Assembly: GCA_037190965.1 (NCBI GenBank)
Contig: JBBCKI010000015.1
Coordinates: 26,264 to 90,263 of the forward strand
Reading direction: 5' to 3'
Length of the DNA: 64,000 nt
Origin: Chthoniobacteraceae bacterium
Lineage (GTDB): Bacteria; Verrucomicrobiota; Verrucomicrobiia; Chthoniobacterales; Chthoniobacteraceae
Below the pieces are notes generated by a model. The model saw only the letters and a program-made list of their open reading frames with translations, did not search any database and was not told the origin of the DNA. Positions within the stretch are counted from its first letter, which is position 1. Each line of letters opens with the position of its first letter. Of the stretch, positions 1 through 8,900 are shown in pieces. The position numbers were made by a program, and so were the translations under genes.

Positions 1-2615
1 AGACCGGGCCTCGCCGTGGCAGGCTGAAGATTTTTTTCGGCATGTGCCCCGGCGTGGGGAAAACCTACGCAATGCTGGAGGCGGCGCGCCAGCAGCAGGC
101 CAAGGGGGTGGAGGTGGTGGCGGGAATCGTGGAAACCCACGGCCGCCCGGAAACCGCCCGGCTGCTCGAAGGAATTCCCATCGTGCCGCGCGCGCAGATC
201 TCTTACCGGGGGATCACCCTGGAAGAGATGGATCTCGACGCGCTGCTCGTCTGGCATCCCGATCTGGTGCTCGTCGATGAGCTCGCCCATACCAACGTCC
301 CCGGCAGCCGCCATCTCAAACGATTCCAGGATGTTCTGGAACTGCTCGACGCCGGGATCGACGTCTACACGACGCTCAATGTCCAGCATATCGAAAGCCG
401 CAAGGACACCGTGCGGCAGATCACCGGCGTCGAAGTGCGCGAGACGGTGCCTGACTCGATGCTCGACCTGGCAGATGAAATCACCCTCATCGATCTCTCC
501 CCGGATCAACTCCGTACGCGCCTCTCCGAAGGGAAGGTCTATTTCCAGGATCGGGCCGCCACTGCCGCCGACAACTTCTTCCGCGCGAGCAACCTCGTGG
601 CGCTGCGCGAGATGTCGCTGCGACTCACCGCCGAGCATGTCGACCGCGACCTGCGCCAGATCAAGGGAGCCACGGGCGAGCCGTGGAAAGCCGGGGACCG
701 GTTGATGGTGGCGATCAGCGGCAGCCCCACTTCGGAGAAACTGATCCGCTGGACTCGCCGCGCCGCAGCCTCGATGGAAGCGAGCTGGATCGCCGTACAC
801 GTGGAAACCCCGGAGTTGTCGTCCTCGCCTCTCAACGAAGTGCGCCTCGGGCTGAATCTCGCCCTGGCGCGGCAGCTTGGCGCGGAAGTCGTGATGGTGG
901 ACGGAAGCAACATTGCCGCCACGCTGTTGCGTGTCGCCAGGCAGCATAATGTCTCTCAGATCATCGTCGGCAAACCGGGGCCGCGTACATTCGGCACGCT
1001 TTTCAGAAGATCGCCGGTGGACTGGTTGGTTCGCCATAGCGGGGAGATCGACATCCAGCTCGTCAAAGGAGAAGAGGAGCCCTCGGGACGTCCTCCCGCC
1101 ACCTCGCTGGCATCGCCGATCCCCAGCAAGCCGCTTTGGCATGACTATGCAATCAGCCTTGCCGTGGTTGCCGGGGTCACGCTTCTTGGGACGCTTATGG
1201 AACCGGTCACCGGTTACTGGGCGATCGCGTTGATTTACCTGCTCGCCGTGATCGCCTGTTCGCTGCGGTTGCGGCGGTGGCCCACGCTTCTTCTTGCCGC
1301 GCTGAGCGCCATCCTTTGGGACCTCCTGTTCATCCCGCCCCGACTGACGCTCAACATTAGCGAAGTGCACGACTTCATGATGTTCGGCATGTACTTCGCG
1401 GTGGCCCTCATTGTCGGTCATCTGACTTCCCGCCTCCGGGAACGTGAAGAGGCCGAACGCCGGGGCGAAGCGCGCGCCACCGCGCTCTACCGGCTCTCGC
1501 GCGCGTTGGCCGCCAGCCGTGAGGCTGCCGAGACCGCCGCCATCGCCGTTCGGCAGATTCGCGAAACCTTCGGCGCGGAAAGCGCCCTGCTGGTGCGCGA
1601 CGAAACCGGTTATTTTTCCGGCGCGGCGCACCCGGCAAGCTCGTTTCTTCCCACTGCCAAGGAGGAAAGCGTGGCAGCCTGGGTCTTTCAGCATCGACAG
1701 GCTGCCGGACAGTTTACCAATACGCTGCCCGACTCCGAAGCGTTCCACCTGCCGCTCATCACGGGGGGCGGCACGGAAGGCGTGCTGGCCATCAAATTCC
1801 CCTCCAAAACGCCGCTCTCCATGCGCCGCAGAGAGTTGCTGGAAGCGTTTGCGGCGCAGATTGCCGTCACCCTCGAAAAGGACCGGCTTGCTTCAGCCAG
1901 CCGAAAAGCCCAGGTGGCGGCGCAATCCGAAAAGCTCCAGCGCACGCTTTTTGACACCGTCTCTCACGAGTTGAAAACCCCGCTCGCCGCGATTGTTGCC
2001 GGGTTGGAACAAGCCGATGAGACGGGTAAACCCGTGCCGGTTGAAACCAGGCAAGCCGTGACGCGCCTGACGCAAGTCGTCAATCATTTGCTCGACATGA
2101 CGCGCCTCGAGTCCGGCTTGCTAAAGCCGCACATGGAATGGGTCGACCCGGGCGAACTTGTCAATGAAGCCTTGGAGGGGATGAGGGCGCAGACGCAGTC
2201 ACACCGACTGACCGTCAAGATCGACTCGGAACTCCCCCCCATCCGGGTGGACCCTGGCCTCATTGAACAAGCGCTGGCGATTCTCGTCTCCAACGCCACC
2301 ATTTATTCCGCGGCAGAGAGCGAGATAGAGATTTCTGTCACGCTTCGCGAAGCCTCGCTGCAACTGGCCGTGGCGGATCGTGGGCCAGGGCTGAAACCGG
2401 GCGACGAAGAGAAGGTTTTCCAACGATTTTACCGGAGCGACGGGAGCCGCGCCGGGGGAATCGGGCTTGGACTCTCCATCGCGCAGCGTCTTGTGGAGGC
2501 GCACAATGGGCGCATCAGCGCGGCCAACCGCCCCGGCGGTGGCGCACTATTCCTTATCGAACTCCCTGCGACGGAACCGCTGCGCCTGCCCGAAGAACCG
2601 TCAAACCTATCATGA
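1..2615 (+). CDS. kdpD: Sensor histidine kinase KdpD (N-terminus lies before the window)
   Basis: Frame is open from base 3: RGRLKIFFGMCPGVGKTYAML (KdpD Walker-A region), DELAHTN, USP-like domain, four TM helices, GAF region, H-box TVSHELKTPL and G-boxes DRGPG/GIGLGLSI. ATGA overlap with kdpE. Confidence 0.96.
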   Translation, partial: TGPRRGRLKIFFGMCPGVGKTYAMLEAARQQQAKGVEVVAGIVETHGRPETARLLEGIPIVPRAQISYRGITLEEMDLDALLVWHPDLVLVDELAHTNVPGSRHLKRFQDVLELLDAGIDVYTTLNVQHIESRKDTVRQITGVEVRETVPDSMLDLADEITLIDLSPDQLRTRLSEGKVYFQDRAATAADNFFRASNLVALREMSLRLTAEHVDRDLRQIKGATGEPWKAGDRLMVAISGSPTSEKLIRWTRRAAASMEASWIAVHVETPELSSSPLNEVRLGLNLALARQLGAEVVMVDGSNIAATLLRVARQHNVSQIIVGKPGPRTFGTLFRRSPVDWLVRHSGEIDIQLVKGEEEPSGRPPATSLASPIPSKPLWHDYAISLAVVAGVTLLGTLMEPVTGYWAIALIYLLAVIACSLRLRRWPTLLLAALSAILWDLLFIPPRLTLNISEVHDFMMFGMYFAVALIVGHLTSRLREREEAERRGEARATALYRLSRALAASREAAETAAIAVRQIRETFGAESALLVRDETGYFSGAAHPASSFLPTAKEESVAAWVFQHRQAAGQFTNTLPDSEAFHLPLITGGGTEGVLAIKFPSKTPLSMRRRELLEAFAAQIAVTLEKDRLASASRKAQVAAQSEKLQRTLFDTVSHELKTPLAAIVAGLEQADETGKPVPVETRQAVTRLTQVVNHLLDMTRLESGLLKPHMEWVDPGELVNEALEGMRAQTQSHRLTVKIDSELPPIRVDPGLIEQALAILVSNATIYSAAESEIEISVTLREASLQLAVADRGPGLKPGDEEKVFQRFYRSDGSRAGGIGLGLSIAQRLVEAHNGRISAANRPGGGALFLIELPATEPLRLPEEPSNLS

Positions 2616-3289
2616 AACCAACCGCCTTGATCGTGGATGACGAAGTGGCGATCCGCCGCCTATTGCGAATTGCGCTCGAAGCCAACGACTACGCCGTGCA
2701 TGAAGCGTGCTTTGGCCAGCAAGGGCTTGCCGAAGCGGCCTGCCGCCGTCCCGATGTGATCCTGCTCGATCTTGGTCTTCCCGATCTCGACGGGGCGGAA
2801 GTGCTCAGGCGATTGCGCGAATGGAGCGAAATTCCCGTTTTGATCCTCTCCGTGCGCGACGCCGAAGAGCAGAAGATCGCCGCGCTCGACGCGGGAGCGG
2901 ACGACTATGTCACCAAGCCTTTCAGCACGGCGGAACTGCTCGCTCGCCTGCGTGTGGCACAGCGACGCGCGAAACCGGCCGAAAGCGGAGCGATCTTTGC
3001 AAGCAACGGCTTGCAGATCGACTTCGTCAGAAGGATCGTCACCGTGGAAGGTCACGAAGTCAGACTCACCGCCACTGAGTACGCTCTACTGCGCCTCTTC
3101 GCCCGGCACGCCGGGCGCGTTCTGACCCATCGGCAAATCTTGCGCGAAGTCTGGGGGCCAAACGCCGAGGAGCACCGTCAGTACCTTCGCGTTTACGTGA
3201 CCCACCTCCGCCGCAAGATCGAACGCAACCCGACAAAGCCCGTTCATATCAAAACCGAATCGGGCATCGGGTATCGATTGATGATGTGA
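2612..3289 (+). CDS. kdpE: OmpR-family response regulator KdpE
   Basis: Receiver motifs LIVDDE, LLDLGLPD, GADDYVTKPF; winged helix with YLRVYVTHLRRKIE and TESGIGYRL; coupled to kdpD. Confidence 0.95.
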   Translation: MKPTALIVDDEVAIRRLLRIALEANDYAVHEACFGQQGLAEAACRRPDVILLDLGLPDLDGAEVLRRLREWSEIPVLILSVRDAEEQKIAALDAGADDYVTKPFSTAELLARLRVAQRRAKPAESGAIFASNGLQIDFVRRIVTVEGHEVRLTATEYALLRLFARHAGRVLTHRQILREVWGPNAEEHRQYLRVYVTHLRRKIERNPTKPVHIKTESGIGYRLMM

Positions 3290-3343
3290 TATCGACGGAT
3301 TTCGGGTTAATTCATTGGGAAACGCCCCGCAGTCACGAGTTTC

Positions 3344-3496
3344 CCTCGTTCCCAAACTCTGTTTGGGAACGCCCGTGTCTTCGAAACTCCAGTTTCGCAA
3401 CCCTTGTCCATTCCGCCACCCTGCACGAGATGACAAAGCTTTCGAATCAGAGATTCGGGGACAATGGCATTGCCAATCTGGAGATTGGTAACGAGG
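3344..3496. repeat. REP/REPIN-like multi-hairpin element, copy 1
   Basis: Ends are inverted (CCTCGTT...AACGAGG). Four internal hairpins at 3348-3370, 3382-3397, 3443-3457 and 3470-3491. Closely similar inverted copy at 57751-57902. Sits between convergent genes. Confidence 0.9.
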
Positions 3497-3541
3497 AAAC
3501 ACTAGCCAAATACTCACGATGGCCGATCAGATCGACGACCT

Positions 3542-4372
3542 CTAACTATCATCGAAAGCATCAGTGGACTCTTCCATCTCAAACTCTTCCGGTTTCTCCT
3601 TCGGCTTGCTTCCCGGTCGGACTGAGCGGTCGAACCAATTCTTCCCGTCGGACAAAAGAGCGGCCCTGAGTTCTTCGGGAATTCGTTCCACGAAGCCGTC
3701 ATACCGTTTCTTGGCCTCCTTGCGGACCTTGACGGGCAGATAGATCACCCGGCCATCATCCTCCGGCAGGCGGTCGGCGCTGATCGCGCATTCGCGTGCC
3801 AGGACAAAGAAGAAGACGTCCTCCGCCAGTGCGGCTTCGCCGATGGTCTCCTTTGGGTTTCGGCGCGCAATCCGCCCCACGGTGGAGTTCTCCAAGAGCC
3901 AATGGGCCAGCTTGACGGCCTTTTGGTTCATCCGGCGGTCGGTGATTTTGGCGAGCAGTGAAGGATAGCCTTCCTTCGCGCAAATCAACAGCAGATCCCG
4001 GGCGGTAGGGCCGTAGCCACCGCTCCCGGCAATGAAGTCGCTCTCCGGAAGGGCTGCGCACTCTTTGACAAGATCGATCGCCAGCTTGCTGATCGCCTTG
4101 ATTCCAGCCGTGCGCAATTGCGCCAGCCACGCCTCGGGGTCCACGGCTCCGGCCGTGGAATGATGCAAACCAAGGCTCAAAATGCCGATGGTGGTGTTGA
4201 GCCCCTTGCGGACGGTTTCCGTGGTGAGCGAACCGTAAAACTTTCGCGAGACCTCGACGACCATCCTGGTCATCTCCTCCTCCCATTGCGGCAGGCGGGG
4301 GTCGCCCTCCCGCTTGGCGAGAGAAAGGGCGACGCTCAAGGCGGGCCGTTTGTCGATGACTTGAATTTCCAC
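3542..4372 (-). CDS. Hypothetical protein, AtcC-like (last gene of the J-domain operon)
   Basis: 276-aa ORF with GTG start, 17 bp downstream of the previous gene. N-terminus IDKRPALSVAL...ILSLGL recalls the AtcC pattern as I remember it (not aligned). Acidic tail. Confidence 0.65.
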   Translation of the reverse strand: MEIQVIDKRPALSVALSLAKREGDPRLPQWEEEMTRMVVEVSRKFYGSLTTETVRKGLNTTIGILSLGLHHSTAGAVDPEAWLAQLRTAGIKAISKLAIDLVKECAALPESDFIAGSGGYGPTARDLLLICAKEGYPSLLAKITDRRMNQKAVKLAHWLLENSTVGRIARRNPKETIGEAALAEDVFFFVLARECAISADRLPEDDGRVIYLPVKVRKEAKKRYDGFVERIPEELRAALLSDGKNWFDRSVRPGSKPKEKPEEFEMEESTDAFDDS

Positions 4373-4389
4373 TGTGCTGTTTTCTTAAA

Positions 4390-5073
4390 CTAGATATCGA
4401 TGAACTCCTCCGTGGCGGTCTCTTCCGGCGTCTGGTGGCTGGCGGCTTCATCGTGAAGGGCACTCAAGACGGAGAAAGCAAACTCGTGCACCGCCTCCTC
4501 GCCGGAACCGTAGACATCCAGCGCCATGGCGGCGATCTCATGAAATTTCTCGGGACGGTTTTCGTAGGTCAGCGCCAGCAACTCCTGGTGCGTTCCGGTC
4601 GAGAAAGGATAGCCATGCGGGCGTTCGAGAAGAGCAAGGGTTTCCTTATGGTTGAGCGCCATGAAGAAGAGAACGTCGGCTCCCAGCTCATGATCGAGCA
4701 AGACCGAGAGCATCTCGATGCGTCGCGCCGGTTCTTCCGAGGTGAGAATCATCGGGCAGAGGAAATCCTCCACGTCTCGCTGGAACGAAACGAAATCCAT
4801 GGTCGGGGAAGGCTGCACCTCTCCCCACCGCGCACCAAGGCGGCTGAAGGCAGCGATGAACTGCTCCGGAGAGATAAAGGCGTGGGCCAGCGACGGCTTG
4901 GTCATATCGGCATCGCTGACCATGACGGCGATCTCGGCGGGTTTGAACTCCGCCACGACCTCCGCCAGCTGGTTATCTCCAGCGTTCCCGGCAATCCGGG
5001 CGAGTTGGTTTTCGGCGGCCCCGGCCCCGGATTGCAGCGCTTCGCGAACGGAAAGGGTATTATTCGTTGTCAT
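4390..5073 (-). CDS. Hypothetical protein, AtcB-like
   Basis: Probable start is ATG 5073 (MTTNNTL, 227 aa), overlapping the upstream stop. Segment AENQLARIAGNAGDNQLAEVVAEFKPAEIAVMVSDADMTKPSLAHAFISPEQF recalls AtcB (from memory). Confidence 0.7.
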   Translation of the reverse strand: MTTNNTLSVREALQSGAGAAENQLARIAGNAGDNQLAEVVAEFKPAEIAVMVSDADMTKPSLAHAFISPEQFIAAFSRLGARWGEVQPSPTMDFVSFQRDVEDFLCPMILTSEEPARRIEMLSVLLDHELGADVLFFMALNHKETLALLERPHGYPFSTGTHQELLALTYENRPEKFHEIAAMALDVYGSGEEAVHEFAFSVLSALHDEAASHQTPEETATEEFIDI

Positions 5074-5536
5074 CGGAAAGGTCGTCTTCTTCGTCGTAAC
5101 CGTCGTAGTCTTCGTCCTCGTCGTCATCCTGTACAGGAGCCGAGGCACGCTTCGGTGCGTGTGAGTTGAGCTGGATCGCGCCCCAGAGGGCGCTTTGATC
5201 GTTTTGGAGCAGGAAATCCCACCCTGCCTTTGCGGAGGCGGCAATCTTGAGCGCCTTCTTTTCGCGAACCTTGGCAATCGCCTCTTCGGCGGGAGTCCGG
5301 TTGGATGCGAGCTGGTCAATCAGCTTGCGGTCGCCGACCTGCATCTTGCCATAAAACGCCATGGCGCCGTAGGCCGGATACTCTGCGAGCAGAGGGAGCA
5401 TCTGCGGAAGCTGTTCCAGCATTTCGTTGCAATGCTTGATGAGTTGTTTTTCGCCTTCGGCCTTGGACTTCGCCCGATCAAAAAACAAGCTAATCTGTTC
5501 GTCGAATTCGGCCTGAATGTTGGGTGTTATTTGCAT
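5060..5536 (-). CDS. Hypothetical protein with acidic C-terminal tail, AtcA-like
   Basis: 158-aa ORF starting 10 bp after the J-domain stop; tail DDDEDEDYDGYDEEDDLSDDNE; second position in the operon. Confidence 0.65.
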   Translation of the reverse strand: MQITPNIQAEFDEQISLFFDRAKSKAEGEKQLIKHCNEMLEQLPQMLPLLAEYPAYGAMAFYGKMQVGDRKLIDQLASNRTPAEEAIAKVREKKALKIAASAKAGWDFLLQNDQSALWGAIQLNSHAPKRASAPVQDDDEDEDYDGYDEEDDLSDDNE

Positions 5537-5546
5537 CTAAAAGAGA

Positions 5547-5807
5547 TCAGCATTGCTGGAAATACTCGGCGACAGCCTGCCGCGCGACTTCGGGCAACGA
5601 TTCCACGGGTTGATTACGAAGGGCTTCGTCGTAGGCCCGGCGCTTCGCTGGGTCACCGAGCACCTCGGCAGCCTCCTGGGCGGCTTTGAACAGCATCGGG
5701 TCTCCACCCGCGTCAGGGTGATGAAGCCGGGCAAGCCTCCGGTGCGCCGCCTTGATCTCGGCAGCATCGGCATTCGGGGCAACCCCGAGTGTCTGGTAGT
5801 GGTTCAT
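5547..5807 (-). CDS. Minimal J-domain (DnaJ) co-chaperone, AtcJ-like, 86 aa
   Basis: MNHYQTLGV...EIKAAHRRLARLHHPD...AEVLGDPAKRRAYD is a complete J-domain with HPD, followed only by a ~25-aa tail. Start taken at ATG 5807. Confidence 0.9.
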   Translation of the reverse strand: MNHYQTLGVAPNADAAEIKAAHRRLARLHHPDAGGDPMLFKAAQEAAEVLGDPAKRRAYDEALRNQPVESLPEVARQAVAEYFQQC

Positions 5808-5951
5808 TCGGGCCGAGCATATACGCACGTTTCCCGTCCGAGAAAGCTCTGTTTTGATATTCCCCGATAGCTCCGTAATCATCCTCACGCGAGGCTTCAT
5901 CCAGCGCACCGGAAGGAGCCGATGATCCGACCTCGCACATCAAAATGGCGC

Positions 5952-8900
5952 CTAGTGGCCGTGAAGAGCTGGAACGCCGTCAGCCCTCTTTGATGACTGC
6001 CCTTTGGCGATGCTCTCAAGCCATGCCATGCATTGCGGGTATTCGAGTTCATTCTTCGAATACTTTGCAAAAACACCAAGAGGCTCAGCTGCTTCCTCAT
6101 GTCTGCCAAGATGATAAAGGGCTGCTCCTTTGTACCAGTAGAGTTGATACAACGTGGGAAATCTGGGAATTGCTTCAGTTGTGGCCTGAAGAAGCCGATT
6201 CCAGTCTTCGTGCAAGGCCGCATCGCTAACACGGAGAGAGTCCCGAACCCGCTGCCCCCCAAGTCGAGACGTGACATTCTCAAACCAGGCTTTTGGGACG
6301 ACCGATGCATCAGACATCGCCAATGGGAGATCGTAAGCATCTTGGCATTCCTTGGGGTCCAATGTTGCCCAAGCCTTCAAGATTGCATGATAGCTTGCCT
6401 TTGTAGCCGCGCGTCTCGCCAGCGCGAACTCCTCACTCATTCCCGCAAGCTCGAAGGCTCGAAGGGATAACGCGAGGAGCCTTTCCGATAGAAGATCACT
6501 GGCCTCATACGCGTCGATCGCTTTGCGAATAAGAGAAGCATCCTTTCTCTGAAGATAAAAACTCAACCTGAAATAGTTTGCAACATTGTCTGAATTTGGC
6601 CCGCGCAGTGTAGACAAAGAGCGCTCCAGCTCCATCATCTCTCCTTTGCGCCATTTGGATTGCACTTCAAACATCCGGATCATCTGGGATGAAGCCGGAA
6701 ACTGCTCCGCATCACGAAACGGTTTAACCAAAGAAACCATCGCTTCGTTCACCTTGGGATCATCCAGATCCATGAGAAAACAAAAACTCATGATAATCAT
6801 CGCCTTCTCAGCATCCCCGGGGAGGCGCTGAAGGGCGGCCGAAGCGAGGTCCAGAGTCAACCTCGATCTGGCTTCCGTGGGATCCCAGTCTCTTATGAAC
6901 TCTTTCCAAAACTCGATATTCGTCAGATCGACCTGTCTGGTTGCGATCTGGTAAAGGCGCGCTTTGGTGGCGGCTGCCTCACTGAGAAAACCGAGGCGTA
7001 GCGGATCACTCAGGGTTCCATAAAATTCCGGCTCCGCCGTTTGCGATTCCGGAAAATGGTGAAGAACAATATCTCGCATCGCATTGACCGCCGGCCGCCA
7101 TAGCTTGAAATGGTTCAGCGATTTAAGGCATCCCATCTGAAGGGAAATCAGGCTTGAATCGTTGGGCATCGTCGCACTGACCTCTGTCAGTTTTTTATAC
7201 ACCTGATCAGCAAGATCGATCTGGTCCATTTCCAGCAATCGCAAGAAACACCGCTTCAACTCTTCGTGCTTGAGAGGAGTAAGCTCACCCTCAAGGAGAT
7301 TGATACAAAAGCTATTGATCGCTTTGCCGGATGACCGGTCAACAGCCAGAGCCTCGCGGCGAAAGTCTGCGATGGCCCGACCGTTTTCACTGAACTTCGC
7401 GTTCAGCGGATGCTTCCGGAGTTTATCAAAATGGACGGCGTCTTCCTCCTTGGAAGCGTTCATCAAAGCAATCCAAAGCAGTCCGATTCTTGTTTGTTCC
7501 GGGAGATCCTGATTATCAATCTCCGGTTCAATCAGGCTCCTTGCCTCCTCTTTTGTATGGGCATAGCTCGATAGTCTCTTCAAAGCTTCTACGAATGCCA
7601 CGTCCCATCGCCCGAAGGGCTGCTCGGGATCGCACGCAACAAGGAGGGTCAATTTGATGATCTCCGGATCGGCAAAATTTCCACCGGTCTCGAAAACCTG
7701 ATCCAGGTTTGAGAGGCGGGGATCGCCGAGGGATTTCGGCTCGGCAAAGTCAAACCAGGCCGGTTTGTTCTTCGCCAGCCAGCGCTCCACGGCCTTCACC
7801 CTCCGTTTCGAATCGATCACGGCGTCAGTAAGCTGCGAATAGCGCTCTGTCAGCGTTTTCAGATCGGCTGCAGCGGCTTTGATCTCGGGATGATCCAATT
7901 CTTGCTTAAGGAGTTCTTCCTCATCGGCAGCCCGTCCCGATTCCCTGTAAAGATCCGCGAGGAACGTGACGCTCAATGCTCGATATTCCAGCTTTTTCGG
8001 ATGTTTGAGCATCGCTTCCAAGGCGGCAATGGCGGGAGGCATCTCACTTTTCACACGGCGTGCCATCATCGCCCAAAGGCGGGACATCACTTCCGAACAG
8101 CGATCCTCTGGTTTGGCCTTCCGATGATAGGCGTGAATCAACTCCAAGGCTCGATCATTGAGGTTGCTATCGATGCATCCAATCGTCGCATGCATCTGAA
8201 TTTCCGGCGCAATCTTGAGATCATCAGATTCGAAATTCTCATAAATTGCCAGGGTCAATTGCCGCATTTCATTGGCGGCGTCGCCAGCCAGGGTCGGCCC
8301 TTGGTAGGCCAGGAAGCGAGTTAATACAGGGAGCAGGGAAGATTGCCACCGCGCCCCATGGGCAAGAAATCGCAGTTTTGTAAACAGTTCAACTGAGTCT
8401 TTTCTGCTCAAGGCGGACTCCATCTCCTGGCAAAAACCGCTGAGATTGGCGAATATCGGAATGACTTTTTCATCGCCAAGCGGGGCCAATCCCAGTTTCT
8501 GCTCCAACTTTAGCCAATCGGCCCACCATTTTTCGCTTCCACTCCAATACTTTTCCGCAGAAGTCTCATCTCCAGTTAAGGCAATCATCTGCTCAATCTG
8601 CCATGCTGTTTTCGCTTCGCGAATGTTGGCAATATTCTCGGAACGGAGAAGAGAAAGTATCCGCAGCGATTCGCTTCTATTCCCCAGTTCAAGGTTTAAG
8701 AGCGCCGCACGAAGGAGATCGTCTTTGACGCTGATATACACCAGTTGGGTTTCAATCTTGCGGTAGATCTCCAAAGCCTTTGCGTAAAGATGCAAGGCTT
8801 CGAAATTCCCGGCAAGCCGTCGGAGCGCGGTGACACGAAAGGCCGCCGGCAAGGAGGGTTCCTCTAGAATATTCTCATGGAGCTTCTTTGCCCCCTCAAT

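Noticed and set aside
1..3289. kdpDE without kdpFABC
   Set aside because: The window starts inside kdpD; the pump genes may lie just upstream.
3344..3496. Palindromic repeats as a CRISPR array
   Set aside because: No identical repeats separated by unique spacers and no cas genes; it is a dispersed two-copy element.
3286..3669. ORFs across the repeat (also 57695-57883 and 57814-58023) that share peptide similarity
   Set aside because: The similarity comes from translating the non-coding repeat.
5074..5319. N-terminal 82 aa of the 309-aa ORF 4390-5319
   Set aside because: Out-of-frame overlap with the 158-aa gene; its Thr run is the alternative reading of the acidic tail. ATG 5073 is the better start.
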